Assembly: GCF_001194135.2 (NCBI RefSeq)
Contig: NC_068987.1
Location: forward strand, 104,454,833 to 104,518,832
Direction: 5' to 3'
DNA from: Octopus bimaculoides
Taxonomy: Eukaryota
Length of the DNA stretch: 64,000 nt
Part shown: in pieces, positions 50,640-62,827 of the stretch
Numbering within the stretch: position 1 is the stretch's first letter
Layout of the letters: each line of letters starts with the position of its first letter
Made by a program: the position numbers and the translations under genes
The notes under the pieces: model-generated
Database searches by the model: none
What the model was told of the DNA's origin: nothing
Seen by the model: only the letters and a program-made list of their open reading frames with translations

Positions 50640-51260
50640 CAGGCTGAGATGTCAACAGTTCACAAATATATCTATCCTCGTGGGTTTTGAGGACTAATAG
50701 CGCCATGGAGTGAGGGTATTTTTTGAGAATGTCCCAGTTTTTGAGGATAAGACGTATTTGCACAGACATTGGGGATTATTGGATACATGCAAATGCTTTT
50801 GTACGCCATTATGTAGAGCGCAGTTATAATGAATCACGATTGAAGGAAATCAAGAATGACATAGCTGAAATTAGTAGTGATAATCAAACTTTCACGCCTA
50901 ATCTTATCAGTCAGAAAAAAGCTTATGGCCGAATTCCTTTAATGATTAACTGGCACCGAAGTTTCGCTGGCATTTCAAAAGTGTTGCATGACAGTTACCA
51001 ACATATTTCAGAAAAATATCCTCATTTCCGACAAATATTTCCTCTTCCGGCTATTGTAGCCATAATAGAAATATTAGACAAATTTTGACCAGTAGCTCAA
51101 ATAAAAGCTCCATTACTGTTTCTGAACGACAAATTACTGTTTCCGACAAATATTTGCTCTTCCTCCTATTGTAGCCTTTAGACGTAATAGAAATATTAGA
51201 GAAATATTGACTTGTGCCCCTAATAAAAACTCCATTACAGTTTCTAAACGCTGCACCCCC
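50640..51260 (+). mobile_element. Penelope-like element RT C-terminal/linker remnant
   Basis: SQFLRIRRIC, RIPLMINWH and PPIVAFRRNRNIREIL are typical Penelope-like motifs upstream of the GIY-YIG domain. Confidence 0.75.
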
Positions 51261-51295
51261 AAAACACACATAAAAAGAGGTAAGCCCTGTTCGTT

Positions 51296-52950
51296 GTTCT
51301 TATTATTCAGGATTGTGGTATCATATCGTATGCTTTGAGACAGTCAACCGATGCCGTACTCAGGTTTGTATGTCTTCTTTTGCAGTTCCTGATAATGAGA
51401 TTATCAATTAACAGCTGATCCTCCGTTCCCTTTGTCATCCAGCTGTGAACTGAGCCTTCCTGAAAGCACTCATCATCTAGCTGTTATGCTGTCCATTTAT
51501 GGAACCCTCTCAGCTTCATCCAATAACCTTGGACTCATCCGATCATGGGCTCTTCCAATTTGGGAATTTTCTTAACTGCTTTTTTATCATTTCTGTGGTT
51601 ATCTTTATGCCTTCTTGGATTTCATGTAGCTACTCAGCTTCTTCATTATGCTCTACAGTTTGGTTTCTAGATCCCTCTCCAGAATGCCTTGCTTTCCACT
51701 GCATCTGGTATCCTTGTTACGTGTATTTGCCCATCCAGTTCCTGAAACAGTTTCTTCTGATTTGCTTCGAGCAATCAGTTTTACCTGAACAGTCCTTTTC
51801 TATTGCCATATCTTTCCAGTTCTGCTTTGATTGCTGCTACTCTTTGTTTCAATTCTTCCAAAATCACATCATAACCTTTATCTCTTATTCTGTATGTTCT
51901 TTCCAGCATTATTCTTATGCTTTTGTTCTGCAATTCCTCTGTTCTCAATCTATCAACTTGTCCTAAATGTCTTTTTAATCTTTTTTCTCGCAAATTTCTC
52001 TACGCCAGTATTTTAAATTCTATTTGTTCTTTTCTTTTGTATCCAACTCTATCCGCAGTAACCATGGCTGCAACCCAAATAATCTTGTTGGTTTTAATTA
52101 TATTTCTCGCCCAAGAACCGAATCTATATTTTCGGTTTCAACCTTGAGCTTGTGCCAATCAATGTACCCCAGATTGGGTGGGGTGCCTGATCCTGATCTT
52201 CTCTACTATATCGGCACAGCGTCCTCACTATGTCTTGTTGATCCTCATCGTATTCTTGTGATACAGCTCTTCCTATTACTTCTGCTTCATTTGCTGGGAA
52301 TGCATTTACATTTACACTTTGCTCTACTTCTTCACTACCGCCTTTCTTTTTTCTGTTCTCACTGGGAACGTTATCTATTGGTGAAGTATTATTTCTATCT
52401 TCTACTTCCATTTTAATCTCTTCAATTTCTATGCCTGTTAACCAACCTTTTGTTCTTATAGCCCTCGTCTGGTTGGCTAACCGTTGCTCACTTGTTTCGA
52501 AGAGTCCTATCTCATTCCATTTTGCTTTCATTCATTGTCGGAATCCCCTTCTGCTGGGTTCACTCCTGATCCAGCATTCAATTACCGTTCAGTTGCCTCC
52601 TTATTCCATCTTCTTATCTGCCTCTGGCTTTGTGTACAAGGAGTCTCTGGATGACGACCGGACCTGAGCTGCTCAACCACAGAGCACCTGCCGGGCGAAA
52701 GGCTTTCACCTTTGGTTCCAGCCTCATTAACACCATTATTTGATACATTTGTATTAGACATTTTCCCTCAACATTGAAGTCTGTGTTTCAAGGTTAGCCG
52801 AGACACCATCTCTAGCAAGATTGTCAACCAAGACTGCAAAGCTCTTACTACCCGTAAGGTGGGCTTGTTCCCTTCGCATTTCTGTGTGTTGGGGACCACG
52901 ATCGTGATAGCCCACTGGGAGACAGGTGAGCGTCAGTTGGTCCCGTATCC
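51296..52950 (-). mobile_element. R4/Dong-clade LINE, 5' part (N-terminal domain to RT start), decayed
   Basis: WNEIGLFETSEQRLANQ, LEELKQRVAAIKAELERY, FPNWKSP, and TEDQLLID...KAYDMIP. Confidence 0.8.
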
Positions 52951-52959
52951 TCTCCCAAA

Positions 52960-53104
52960 TATTCCTCCATTTGCTCTCTTCATGTATAGTCGATTAGTGT
53001 CTGCACGTGGATGATGGACTCCATGCATCGTTAGGAGCTTTCTTGACTTCCTGTTCATCTCCTTTAGCTCCTCCTCTATCCACTTCAGGATTCCACTTCA
53101 GGAT
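52960..53104 (-). mobile_element. Short R4/Dong RT-thumb fragment
   Basis: Encodes GILKWIEEELKEMNRKSRKLLTMHGVHHPRADTNRLY and is closely similar to 62385-62522. Confidence 0.85.
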
Positions 53105-53108
53105 AATA

Positions 53109-53190
<82 letters not shown>

Positions 53191-53193
<3 letters not shown>

Positions 53194-53714
53194 GCTCTCG
53201 TTCAGTGTCTGACATTGTTGACTTGTGGAATTATGTCTAACAGCTGCTGTGAAGTGTGGGATGGATCCGACTGTCGGCCGAGTCTGTAGTGATGGTCGCA
53301 CCGCCGCCCTCCTTCAGTCGGGCGGGCAAGGCAATTTTCCTTTTCCTAGTGACTGTGGTGAAAGTTGCGAAAAGGGTAAGAGTGGCTAGTCCTTCTCTAA
53401 GTGTGGACCTGTGAGTCGGAGAGAAGGAACTGGGGAGGTCACTTGCTCCTGGGTTTCCAGGGAAATCTCGAACAGTGGCGTTCCTCGATTATCTCTAGTG
53501 GCCTTCCTGTATCAGAAGGGCCACATCTCTATCATCTTCCCCGCCAATTTTCAAACCCCTGCATGCTATGCATATGTCTCCTCTTTTTCAGTGTATACCG
53601 TGTATACTTACTTTTCTTCTTATCACTTTGTTATATGTAAACCCCCGCACTTTATGTCTGTCTCTTTATTGCCCCCACCCCGCCCTTGTTCGCCCTTGTG
53701 GCAAATAAATGAAA
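53191..53714 (+). mobile_element. 5'-truncated L1/Tx1-like LINE 3' end
   Basis: Broken frames ALVQC...VDLWNYV and RLSAESVVMVAPPPSFSRAGKAIFL...SLSVDL*, then a GC-rich 3' UTR ending AATAAATGAAAT. The clade call is from recalled motifs. Confidence 0.5.
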
Positions 53715-53751
53715 TCATCATCATCATTATTATTACTATTATTATTATTAC

Positions 53752-53791
<40 letters not shown>

Positions 53792-54636
53792 TGATAAAAC
53801 CTCATAGCTTATTTTGCTGGGCATGATGGAAAGTCTCAGCTGTCCACAGCCAGCAGACTAAGATGACACTTTATTACTGGTCCTGCTCTAAGAACACTGC
53901 TAAGAATTCTGGCAGTTATAAGCAATGCTGATTTTTGTAGGTGTTCTACCTTTACACTTGCACCAATCTTTTTTTAGTCATGTTGGTAGTTGAGTGCTGA
54001 TACTTCTAAAAATGACTCAATTACTATTGGCATCACGTCTGCTCACATTGACCACGACCTTCGTATTTCTCACTTTAAATCGTCATAGTTGTTTATTGTA
54101 TTTTCTTCTTTGTCGTTGATCCTGTTGTCACCGGGGCAAGTTCATAATATTCTTTGTTTTTTATTCATATCATAATATTCTTTGTTATCATAATATCAGG
54201 ATATCATTTTCCTAAGTACCAAGATTAGGGGTGTAATGCAGAGAACAAAAAGCAACGGAAATAAGCTATCACCCTGGAACATCCCTCTTCTGATACCCAG
54301 GGTAACCAAGCTTTTTCCGTAAGATGTCAGTTCAGTTTTCCACCACACCATACTTCTCTTCAGAAAACACGTTACATTTCTCGCAGTTCCAAACAGATAT
54401 AAACATTCGATATTCCATGAATGTGGACTCATATCATAAGCTTTGCGATAGTCAATCCAGGCCATTCCCAAATTTCTTCTCCGTTTACAATCTTGCATTA
54501 CCATTTTGTCTATCAATAATTGATCTTTGGTACCTCTGCATCACCCTCTACAGCCTTTTTGTTCCATCGGTAATATATTGTTCTCATCAAGAAATTTGTA
54601 CTGTTCTTCTACAATTCCTCTTGACAGTAACTTCCA
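53792..54636 (-). mobile_element. Internally deleted R4/Dong-clade LINE
   Basis: RT motifs [16 protein letters not shown] and [10 protein letters not shown] are joined directly to RLE PDIMI...CPGD...HLQKSALL.TARIL. The 3' end runs into (TAA)n. Confidence 0.88.
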
Positions 54637-54654
54637 ACAACAACAACAGTAACA

Positions 54655-54796
54655 TCGAAAAGTACCTTAGGAATGAGAACCCAGGTTCGAAATTTCCCCC
54701 AAGACACCTGAAGATGGCTGGAGGGTATATCAGCCGAAACGTTGTGTTAACAAGCAAGATGAGGACAAATATCCGTCGAATGTAAATGTAAATAAT
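54655..54796 (+). mobile_element. Penelope-like element terminal repeat fragment
   Basis: Non-coding segment containing the CTGANGA...GAAAC hammerhead core that is typical of Penelope-like terminal repeats, with a TGTAAATGTAAATAAT end. Confidence 0.5.
54703..54748 (+). ncRNA. Minimal type-I hammerhead ribozyme motif (Penelope-like element terminus)
   Basis: Stem I GACAC/GTGTT; core CTGAAGA (54708-54714) plus one extra T; stem II GGCTG/CAGCC; GAAA (54736-54739); palindromic ACGT in place of stem III; GUU triplet with predicted cleavage after 54743. Confidence 0.6.
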
Positions 54797-56144
54797 AGAC
54801 ATTAGTTTGTTAGAACATATTCAATTCAGAACAATATCAAATTCATTGCACCAACAATTGTTTCCATGCCCAATCAATTCAATTTGTGAAATTAAGTTAG
54901 ATTATATTAAATTAAATTTTCGTATGGAATATCGTTAATTGGGCATTTCGTTAGGGGAATAATTTGTGTTGTTTGAACCTTGTTAGACTCAGATATGTGC
55001 GTTTCAGCAACCAATGTTTTTTGAAAAAGACGTATTTATGTGCAAATTTGTTAATGCATTTGTTCGTGTGCGTGTAATGTGTTGAATAACGAAAGTATCC
55101 GTTAGCTTAAACAATATTTCGATACTATTACTTTACCTATAAATTAAAACAATGTTCTTAAATTACATGATTAATTATGATCGACCGCAACGTCTTAATC
55201 ACTTAAGAAACTAAGCAACTAGAAACAAACTTGATTGATTTTTTTTTTCCCAACCTGCAAAAATTTATTTTTTTCTACAGTTAAGAGTATTCATTTGTTT
55301 CTGGTGGCAACTCTTTGTGCCATTTTGTTCTGCGTTTCTCACTGTCAGGTGATATTATGTTATCCACTTCCGCTTTTTTCAGTCATGTCCTGTATTCGTC
55401 ATGTAGGTACTTTTCTTGAAAACGTCCTCTCATAACATTTTGTAATTTGTTGTTTGTTTATTCGCTCCACAACCGTTTGTTGTCTTAGCCTCAATTTCCA
55501 TTGATAATGGAAAGCTACATTTATTACTTTTTAAATGGTTTTTAGCTGTTTTATTGGTTTCATTTATACTTTACTAGATGATTTTGTTATTCAGCAATAG
55601 ATATCATATAATCATAGTTACAGAAAACGTTTTAAATCCTTGTATAAGTAATATACTAACATTTCAGTCAACTTTTGAGCTGTGTATTTTAAATTCAAGC
55701 CATTATTTTTCATATTTGTACGGACTACACTTACTAATTCGCTTCGCTCCTATATGAGGATATTACAGTCATAATTTATTACTTAGACATATAGAGCATT
55801 GATATTAATCACCTATTTCCAGTATTTATCTTTTCTGTATATATAAAAATCTCGTAATGTGTCGATGTCATATTTGCATGGTGTGTGTGTAGTTGACTCC
55901 ATCGAGTCCCTTAATGGTGGGTTTTATCCAAATCTCTTAACCCTGCATTTTCTTATATTTAGACTGATTTCATTTGGGGGAATGAACTGTCCTCATTGCC
56001 TCCACAGGCTTTCTCACTCTGGTGTAATCGATGCAGTTTATGTTACTTATTGCTCTCTGACATAAAACATCATCATTCAGTTTATATGTACATAAGTTTG
56101 TACGTGCGTACTTTTCTAAACCGAATTTAAAACTAATTTTTCTG

Positions 56145-56333
56145 GGAGGTGGATTGGCAGAATCAGTAGAGCTCCGAGAAAAAAATGCTTTTAGTATTTG
56201 CTTCAGTTCTTTATGTGCTGAGTTCAAAACCGACCGAGGTCGACTTTGTCTTTCCTCCCTATGGTGTTGACAAAATAAAATACCAGTTAAGTACCGATGT
56301 CGATGGTATTAACTGACTCACTGTCCTCAAAAT
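56145..56333 (+). mobile_element. SINE family A, diverged
   Basis: TGGCAGAATC head and GAGTTCAAAACCGACCGAGGTCGACTTTG. Confidence 0.75.
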
Positions 56334-56610
56334 TATTCGCCTGCTCCTATATCAGAAAAAAAATTATTATTCGTCATTTGTAGCATACAAGTGGATGCTA
56401 TGTCTCTACAGAAGATGGCTGATTGTCCCTGCATATCTCTTATATCCGATTTCAGTCTTGATTAGCAATTTGTTGAAAGATAGAAGCATCAGACAGAAAA
56501 GAAGTTCAGAATATGTTTTATCAGCCTAGAGAGGGTTAGTGTGCATTTTCGTCCTTTCAGTGACACACTTAAATGTTGTTATGGTTTGTGGTTTAATATT
56601 TTCTAATAGT

Positions 56611-56855
56611 AAGGCAGCGAGCTGGCAGAGTCGTTAGCACGGCGGACGAAATGCTTAGCGGTATTTCGTCTGCCGTTAGGTTTTAAAGGTGGTGAGATGG
56701 CAGAATCGTTAGCACACCGGGCGAAATGCTTACCGGTATTTCATCTGTCTTTACGTTCTGAGTGCAAATTCCGCCGAGGTCGACTTTGCCTTTCATCCTT
56801 TCGAGGTCGATAAATTAAGTACCAGTTGCGTACTGGAATCGATCTAATCGACTGG
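56611..56855 (+). mobile_element. SINE family A: head-only copy followed by a second near-full copy (from about 56685)
   Basis: Two successive GCTGGCAGAGTCGTTAGCAC / GATGGCAGAATCGTTAGCAC heads. Confidence 0.88.
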
Positions 56856-59199
56856 ACACATAATAAGTGGCTCTTATTATTTCAACAATTATTGCATGTG
56901 AAAACTCAACCGTTTTTCTAATATTCCTCTCTCAAAATTTTATTTCTTTTCAGGCCTTGTTTCCTTTTTATTAATGCAGAGAATCTATAATTATAACTAT
57001 CCTTTCGATCTACAAAAAAGAAAGAAAAATTGGAAGGTTTTTATCAAACACCACTAACCTAGCATTTGTGACTGTGTTTGTTTTTTATAGAACGCGTATC
57101 CAGAATGAATAGTTTGACATGAATACTTAAAATTTCGAGATACTGTGGCATTCTTCTCAACCTGTGTTACCTAACTGAGATGTTCCCAGTATTGAATGCA
57201 TGAGGTTGCTCCGCAAACGATTCATTCTTGGTGAATTCTTTTAGGCTCTCACTCACCTACTCCACAATGACCCAATGATATTTTAACATCGTTGAATGTG
57301 ATATCACCACCTCATGGTCTGATATTGACATCAACTTTCCTAACTTTGTCACATTACTATCGATATCAAATGGAGATATGGCTGTCTTGAAAACCATGTA
57401 ACATCACCAAAGAGCCACATGAGCATCCGATGAGGAGATCGGGTGCAGATTTAATGTAATGACCTCGGAGATTACTACTGTGGTCTCTGAATTCTCCACT
57501 TAAGAAGACACTGCGTTTTTGAATCCTACTTTTATGGAGAATTTAATTTTACAACTCTTCTGTATCTTTCTTTGTTTTTAATATTGTTAATTGATGTTAT
57601 TGTTAATTGATGTCACTGTTTCTGACGCCACTGTCACTGCTGCAGTTGCTGCTGTTACTACTGCTGCGGCTATTGGCGTTCTTGCTGTTACACCACCTGC
57701 TACAACTAAGAACTGTTCTTGTTACGGTCGATGTCTTGAACATTGTTTCAACTGTTTGATTTGCTGCCTTTATTGCTTTAGCTGATGTTGTTATAACGGC
57801 AGCTGCTACCATTGTGGCGTTTGTAGTTGCAGATATGTCCAACAAGATTAGTTTCCCCAGGTGCCCAGTTGCAAGCCTATCGATTTGTCTTCAGTAATCT
57901 CTACTACTTTTTACGACATTGTATTTCCAGTTTGGTGCAGATCATCAGATTTACTAACAGTTGACACACTAATGGTGACATGGTCTTCCTATGTAGACAC
58001 TGCTTTTTCCTTCTGTTTTAAGCGGGATGCTCCACGATACACCTGACTTCTGAAGGAACATCTCAAGAGCCAAAAGGCAGAGGAGTAATAAGGAAGATAG
58101 GCACACAGTAGACTCATCATGTAAATCAAACAATTTTGGGAGATGGCCTTTATTCTAACCACCAAGAAAATATTCCAACCTCTGAGCATAAGGCTCTTAG
58201 GGCAGCCAACAGATAGTAATAGACAGCCCTTCGAATGCTTTTGATTGAAGGACAATTTCACCTCGACATGATGTACTACAAACAGTATCCGTATTCCTTT
58301 AAAGTTCGTTCTACTGTCCTAGAAACCACAGGGTTATTGGCCAATATAGTCCTAGATATACAAAAACATTTGTTGGCCATGATTGATAGGCTGTTAACAT
58401 CGGTCTGCTCAACAAGGACTGATTTAGAGCTAAAAAACAAGAAGAGTTTAACAAATTGGTCACCCTTTTCGCCTTCATAGTTATTTGAAAAAGTAGTTAA
58501 TAGATGTGCTGTCGAAACAAAACAAGAATTGCATTATGTGCAGATATGGGCAAAAGAATTCCACCGTAGACCAAAACACAAGCGTTGTAGACAAAAGAGC
58601 ATTCACAATTTATTTAAAAAGGAGACAAAACTGTCTGGCAGATGAGAATAAATTTTTGAGAGATGGTAGATATCGTTTTTTTAAATTCCTTTCAGGATGT
58701 TAAGCAATCAAGTTCGTGTTAATACACATTTTATTCCCTTTCTCGATTTTAAGATTTTCTTGAAGATTGGGTGGGTAAGTGTATATTCGAAGGAGTCATC
58801 TGTTGATTATATTGGATCGCTTGATTTAGAATTGGTAATCATCAGCAAGATTAAGATTTCCTTTGACAACGAATTTTAGTTTGCTTGGTCGTCCCAGACC
58901 GAGCTCGGTTGTAATGCTGTTTTAGAAAGGTTTAAGTTTCGAGATGAGGATATTTTTTTAGATTTTAGATGGCTGATCGCTGTTCTTGGCCGTTAATGGC
59001 GATCGCGTAAGAGATTGGAAATTAGGACCAGTTTAAAGTTTATCGAAACCTTCCCGGAGATAGCCATTTCATTAATGTTAGTTTCAGATTGGAATGACAC
59101 TTAACTTGAATACTAGTATTTTGTATTAGATGAAAATTGAAGAACACATTGACTATTTATTGGGTTAGCAGAAAATGATGTTGGACAGTGTCATGTTTA

Positions 59200-60450
59200 G
59201 TTGGTTACGAAACTTATGCATATATGATTTTCACTGACAACCGTAAAAATCCCACAAGCCGGATTCATGCCGAATCGATCTGCCGCTGACCATATTTTTG
59301 CCTTTCGTCTCATCTTTGAAAGATTTCGGAATTCCGTAAAGATCGCCACTTTTACACTGCCTTCGTCGATCACGTATATCTCTGGAATTCTCAATCTCGC
59401 CGGTGCACCTCCCAAGATCTCCGCTCTGTTCCAACTGCTCTGTCGCAATGCTGAGAGCTGCGTGTGGTTGAACGAGAAGGCCTCTGACTGGTTCTCTCAT
59501 CAACAGCGGGGTTAGACAGGGCTGCGTGATCGCCCCAACCTCTTTAACTGTATCATCAATTATCTGATCACCAATATCTAAGAGCGAGTCTCTGGCGTTA
59601 CTTTTGAGCACTACCACCTTACCGACCTGAAGTATGCAAATGATACTACCCTATTCAGCAACTCGATAATTTATAGAGAAGAATCAGCAAAGATTGGCCT
59701 TCAAGTGAGTTGGATGAAAACTAAGCTGATACATGTCGGAGGTTGCACGAAACCTTCCTCCTCTCCATATTGGCCCCAACGTCGTGGAGTTTGTCTTCTC
59801 CTTCATCTGTCTGAGTTCCACAGTCACCAACAATGGAGACCTGGCCCCAGATATCAACTGAAGATGTGGTCTGGCCGTTCGGGTCACGTACTCCCTATGG
59901 AAGCCCCTCTGGTACCACTGCTCTATCTCCCAGAAGGGGAATCTCCGCATCTACAATGAATCGGTCTTCTCCATTCTCTGTGGAGCAGAAATGTGGCCCC
60001 TCTCGAAGACCCTGGCAAAGAGGATCGACGGCTTTGGAAGCAGGGCCCTGAGGACCATCGAGAACACCAGATGGTACTACGACGTTTCCAACAAAGAACT
60101 GCATATGCACATGCATCAGCCTGCAGCCTTCTATTTTATAGCTATCCGTCGCATGCACTGGTAGGGATATGTCCTCCATCTCCCGCTAGATCATACTACC
60201 AGGAATTTACTCTCATTCCACGCAACAGTTGCGGGCTGGAAGAGGACTTGTGGCAGGCCCCGCACCAGATGGCTGGACGTGATTGGAGACCTTCAGAGGC
60301 TCGACATCACCTTGGAGTATGCAGAAGCGTTGGCAGGGGACTGTCCGCGATGGAGAGTACTGATTAACCTGGTCGGCTCTACACATGACATCTCTGGGAC
60401 CACTAGCTTGGAATGACCCCAGCCCCATCGAGCAAGAGTATGAAGCCAAC
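59200..60450 (+). mobile_element. 5'-truncated RTE-clade LINE
   Basis: GFMPNRS.ADHIFA, GVRQGCVIAPNLF, KYAND (decayed YADD) and GRPRTRWLD, with a (CCAG)n tail near 60447. Confidence 0.9.
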
Positions 60451-60519
60451 CAGCCAGCCAGCCAATCACACTGAGACAGAGCTTTTAGAAAAGGTTCTGA
60501 GTTACCTAATCGGTTTCGA

Positions 60520-60700
60520 GGTAGGGAGGGAGTTTAAGTTGATTATATTGACCCCAGTGCTCAACTGGAACTTATTTCATCGACGCCGAAAGGACAAATA
60601 CAAAATCGACCTCGGTAGAATTTTAACTCAGAACTTAAAGAGCCGGAAAAAATGCCTTTAAGCATTTTGTCCGATGCAGTAACAATTCTTCCAGCTCGTC
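60520..60700 (-). mobile_element. SINE family A, diverged
   Basis: AATCGACCTCGGTAGAATTTTAACTCAGAAC...CCAGCTCG. Confidence 0.75.
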
Positions 60701-61469
60701 TAGTTACTTAAATCTGAACATATTTATAAAAGGAAGATGTAAGAAATTAGTTCAAAGGAAATCTTCAGAGGAATGTGGAAAATAACAAATAGCGGGAAAG
60801 CTTAAAATTATATAAATTTAAATTAAAGTTTAGTAAGGATTTGATGTTAAAGCTTATAAAAGTTATGAGCCAACGAGAANNNNNNNNNNNNNNNNNNNNN
60901 NNNNNNNNNNNNNNNNNNNNNNNNNNNNNNNNNNNNNNNNNNNNNNNNNNNNNNNNNNNNNNNNNNNNNNNNNNNNNNNNNNNNNNNNNNNNNNNNNNNN
61001 NNNNNNNNNNNNNNNNNNNNNNNNNNNNNNNNNNNNNNNNNNNNNNNNNNNNNNNNNNNNNNNNNNNNNNNNNNNNNNNNNNNNNNNNNNNNNNNNNNNN
61101 NNNNNNNNNNNNNNNNNNNNNNNNNNNNNNNNNNNNNNNNNNNNNNNNNNNNNNNNNNNNNNNNNNNNNNNNNNNNNNNNNNNNNNNNNNNNNNNNNNNN
61201 NNNNNNNNNNNNNNNNNNNNNNNNNNNNNNNNNNNNNNNNNNNNNNNNNNNNNNNNNNNNNNNNNNNNNNNNNNNNNNNNNNNNNNNNNNNNNNNNNNNN
61301 NNNNNNNNNNNNNNNNNNNNNNNNNNNNNNNNNNNNNNNNNNNNNNNNNNNNNNNNNNNNNNNNNNNNNNNNNNNNNNNNNNNNNNNNNNNNNNNNNNNN
61401 NNNNNNNNNNNNNNNNNNNNNNNNNNNNNNNNNNNNNNNNNNNNNNNNNNNNNNNNNNNNNNNNNNNNN

Positions 61470-62640
61470 AGTTATCTAATACTTTCCTGGTTATTCTGGC
61501 CATGCCAAGGAGGCAAACCTTTTGTGACAGTTCTACTGGGCACTCAATTCCAATTTCCTTTATATTCCCCTTGATGCCTTCTGATACTGTCCCCAAGGAC
61601 CCAACAATAATTGGCAATATCTTCACCTTTTTCATTTACCATATCCGGGCTATTTCGTACTTAAGAGGATTGTCTCTATCTCTCTTTTCACCTTCCTTCT
61701 TGAATATTCGTGGATCAAAGGGTCATGCAACATCAACCTTATCCACCACCACAAGGTCTTGTCTGTTATGCTCTAGCACCTGATCTGTTTGGATTGGGAA
61801 ATCCCAGAAGATTTTGCTAGTCTCCGACTCTGCCACTCTCTGTGTTTTGCGCTATACTACGTCCTGCCTCTCTCTAGAGCTCCCACTTTCCGCACACTTC
61901 CCAATGTCGCACTTCCGCTACCTGACCGTGTCGCCACAATTTGTAGTAGTAGTAATAGTTTTGGGCAAGCCTAAGGCACTCATTCGTGACATGGACAATG
62001 GTTTCATCCACTCTGTTGCAGATGTGGCACAGCAGAGACACGTGCTCATTCCTCAGGTTGACCCTGCGGTTCGTGGCCAAAGTTTGGTCTTGCGCTGCCA
62101 ATATAGTGCTCTCGGTCTCCTTTTTTTTTATGGTTCCTTTCATCAGACAATCCCACCTATTTTTCCTGCAACTTCTGTTGTGGTTACATGGAATTGCTTG
62201 TGTAGTCCCTTCTTGCGCAATTCTTCTTCATGTCCTTTTTGTACTTCTTCCTTTGTTTTCCCTTTTTTTCTCTTCTCTCAATACTCCCTCGTTCCTAACT
62301 GTCACTAGCAAGGTTTACTTACTTTAGGCCTGGCATCTCATTAAGCTCTCGAGTTCGATACGCACGCAGTCTTCCACACTTATCAGTCCCCTTCCTCCAT
62401 TTGCTCTCTTCACGTAGAGACGATCAGTGTCTGCACGTGGATGATGGGCTCTATGCATCGTTAGGAGCTTTCATGACTTCCTGTCCATCTCCTTTAGCTC
62501 CTCCTCTGTCCACTTCAGGATTACAGCGCCATACCGAACTACTGCAACTGTAAACGAGTTTATTGCCGAAATTGTTTCTGGCATTCAGCTTTGAAGCCAA
62601 CATCCAACACATCCTGATAAAACAAGAATTCTTCTCTTTA
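61470..62640 (-). mobile_element. 5'-truncated R4/Dong-clade LINE
   Basis: AAQDQTL, CCHC knuckle CHICNRVDETIVHVTNEC, and IIVGSLGTV...ARITRKVL. The 3' end disappears into the gap at 60880-61469. Confidence 0.9.
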
Positions 62641-62827
62641 AGTCAGATTAAGAAAAAAACACTAATAAGAAAGAAACAACAGAAGAAGGTTACCTATAAT
62701 ATCAAATGACATTAGAGCAGAATACAAAATGTACCAACAGAATAAGTTCCTTATGGGCTGCATCTTGACAAGCTAGACAGGGAGATGAGTGAATACACAA
62801 CATACAGAAAATAGTTGTGTTAACATA

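Noticed and set aside
57590-57850. Ala/Thr/Val-rich ORFs on both strands
   Set aside because: Degenerate GCT/GTT/ACT triplet repeat with no convincing exon boundaries.
57990-59000. Faint Penelope-like RT similarity on the minus strand
   Set aside because: Too decayed to support by eye; a profile HMM search would be needed.
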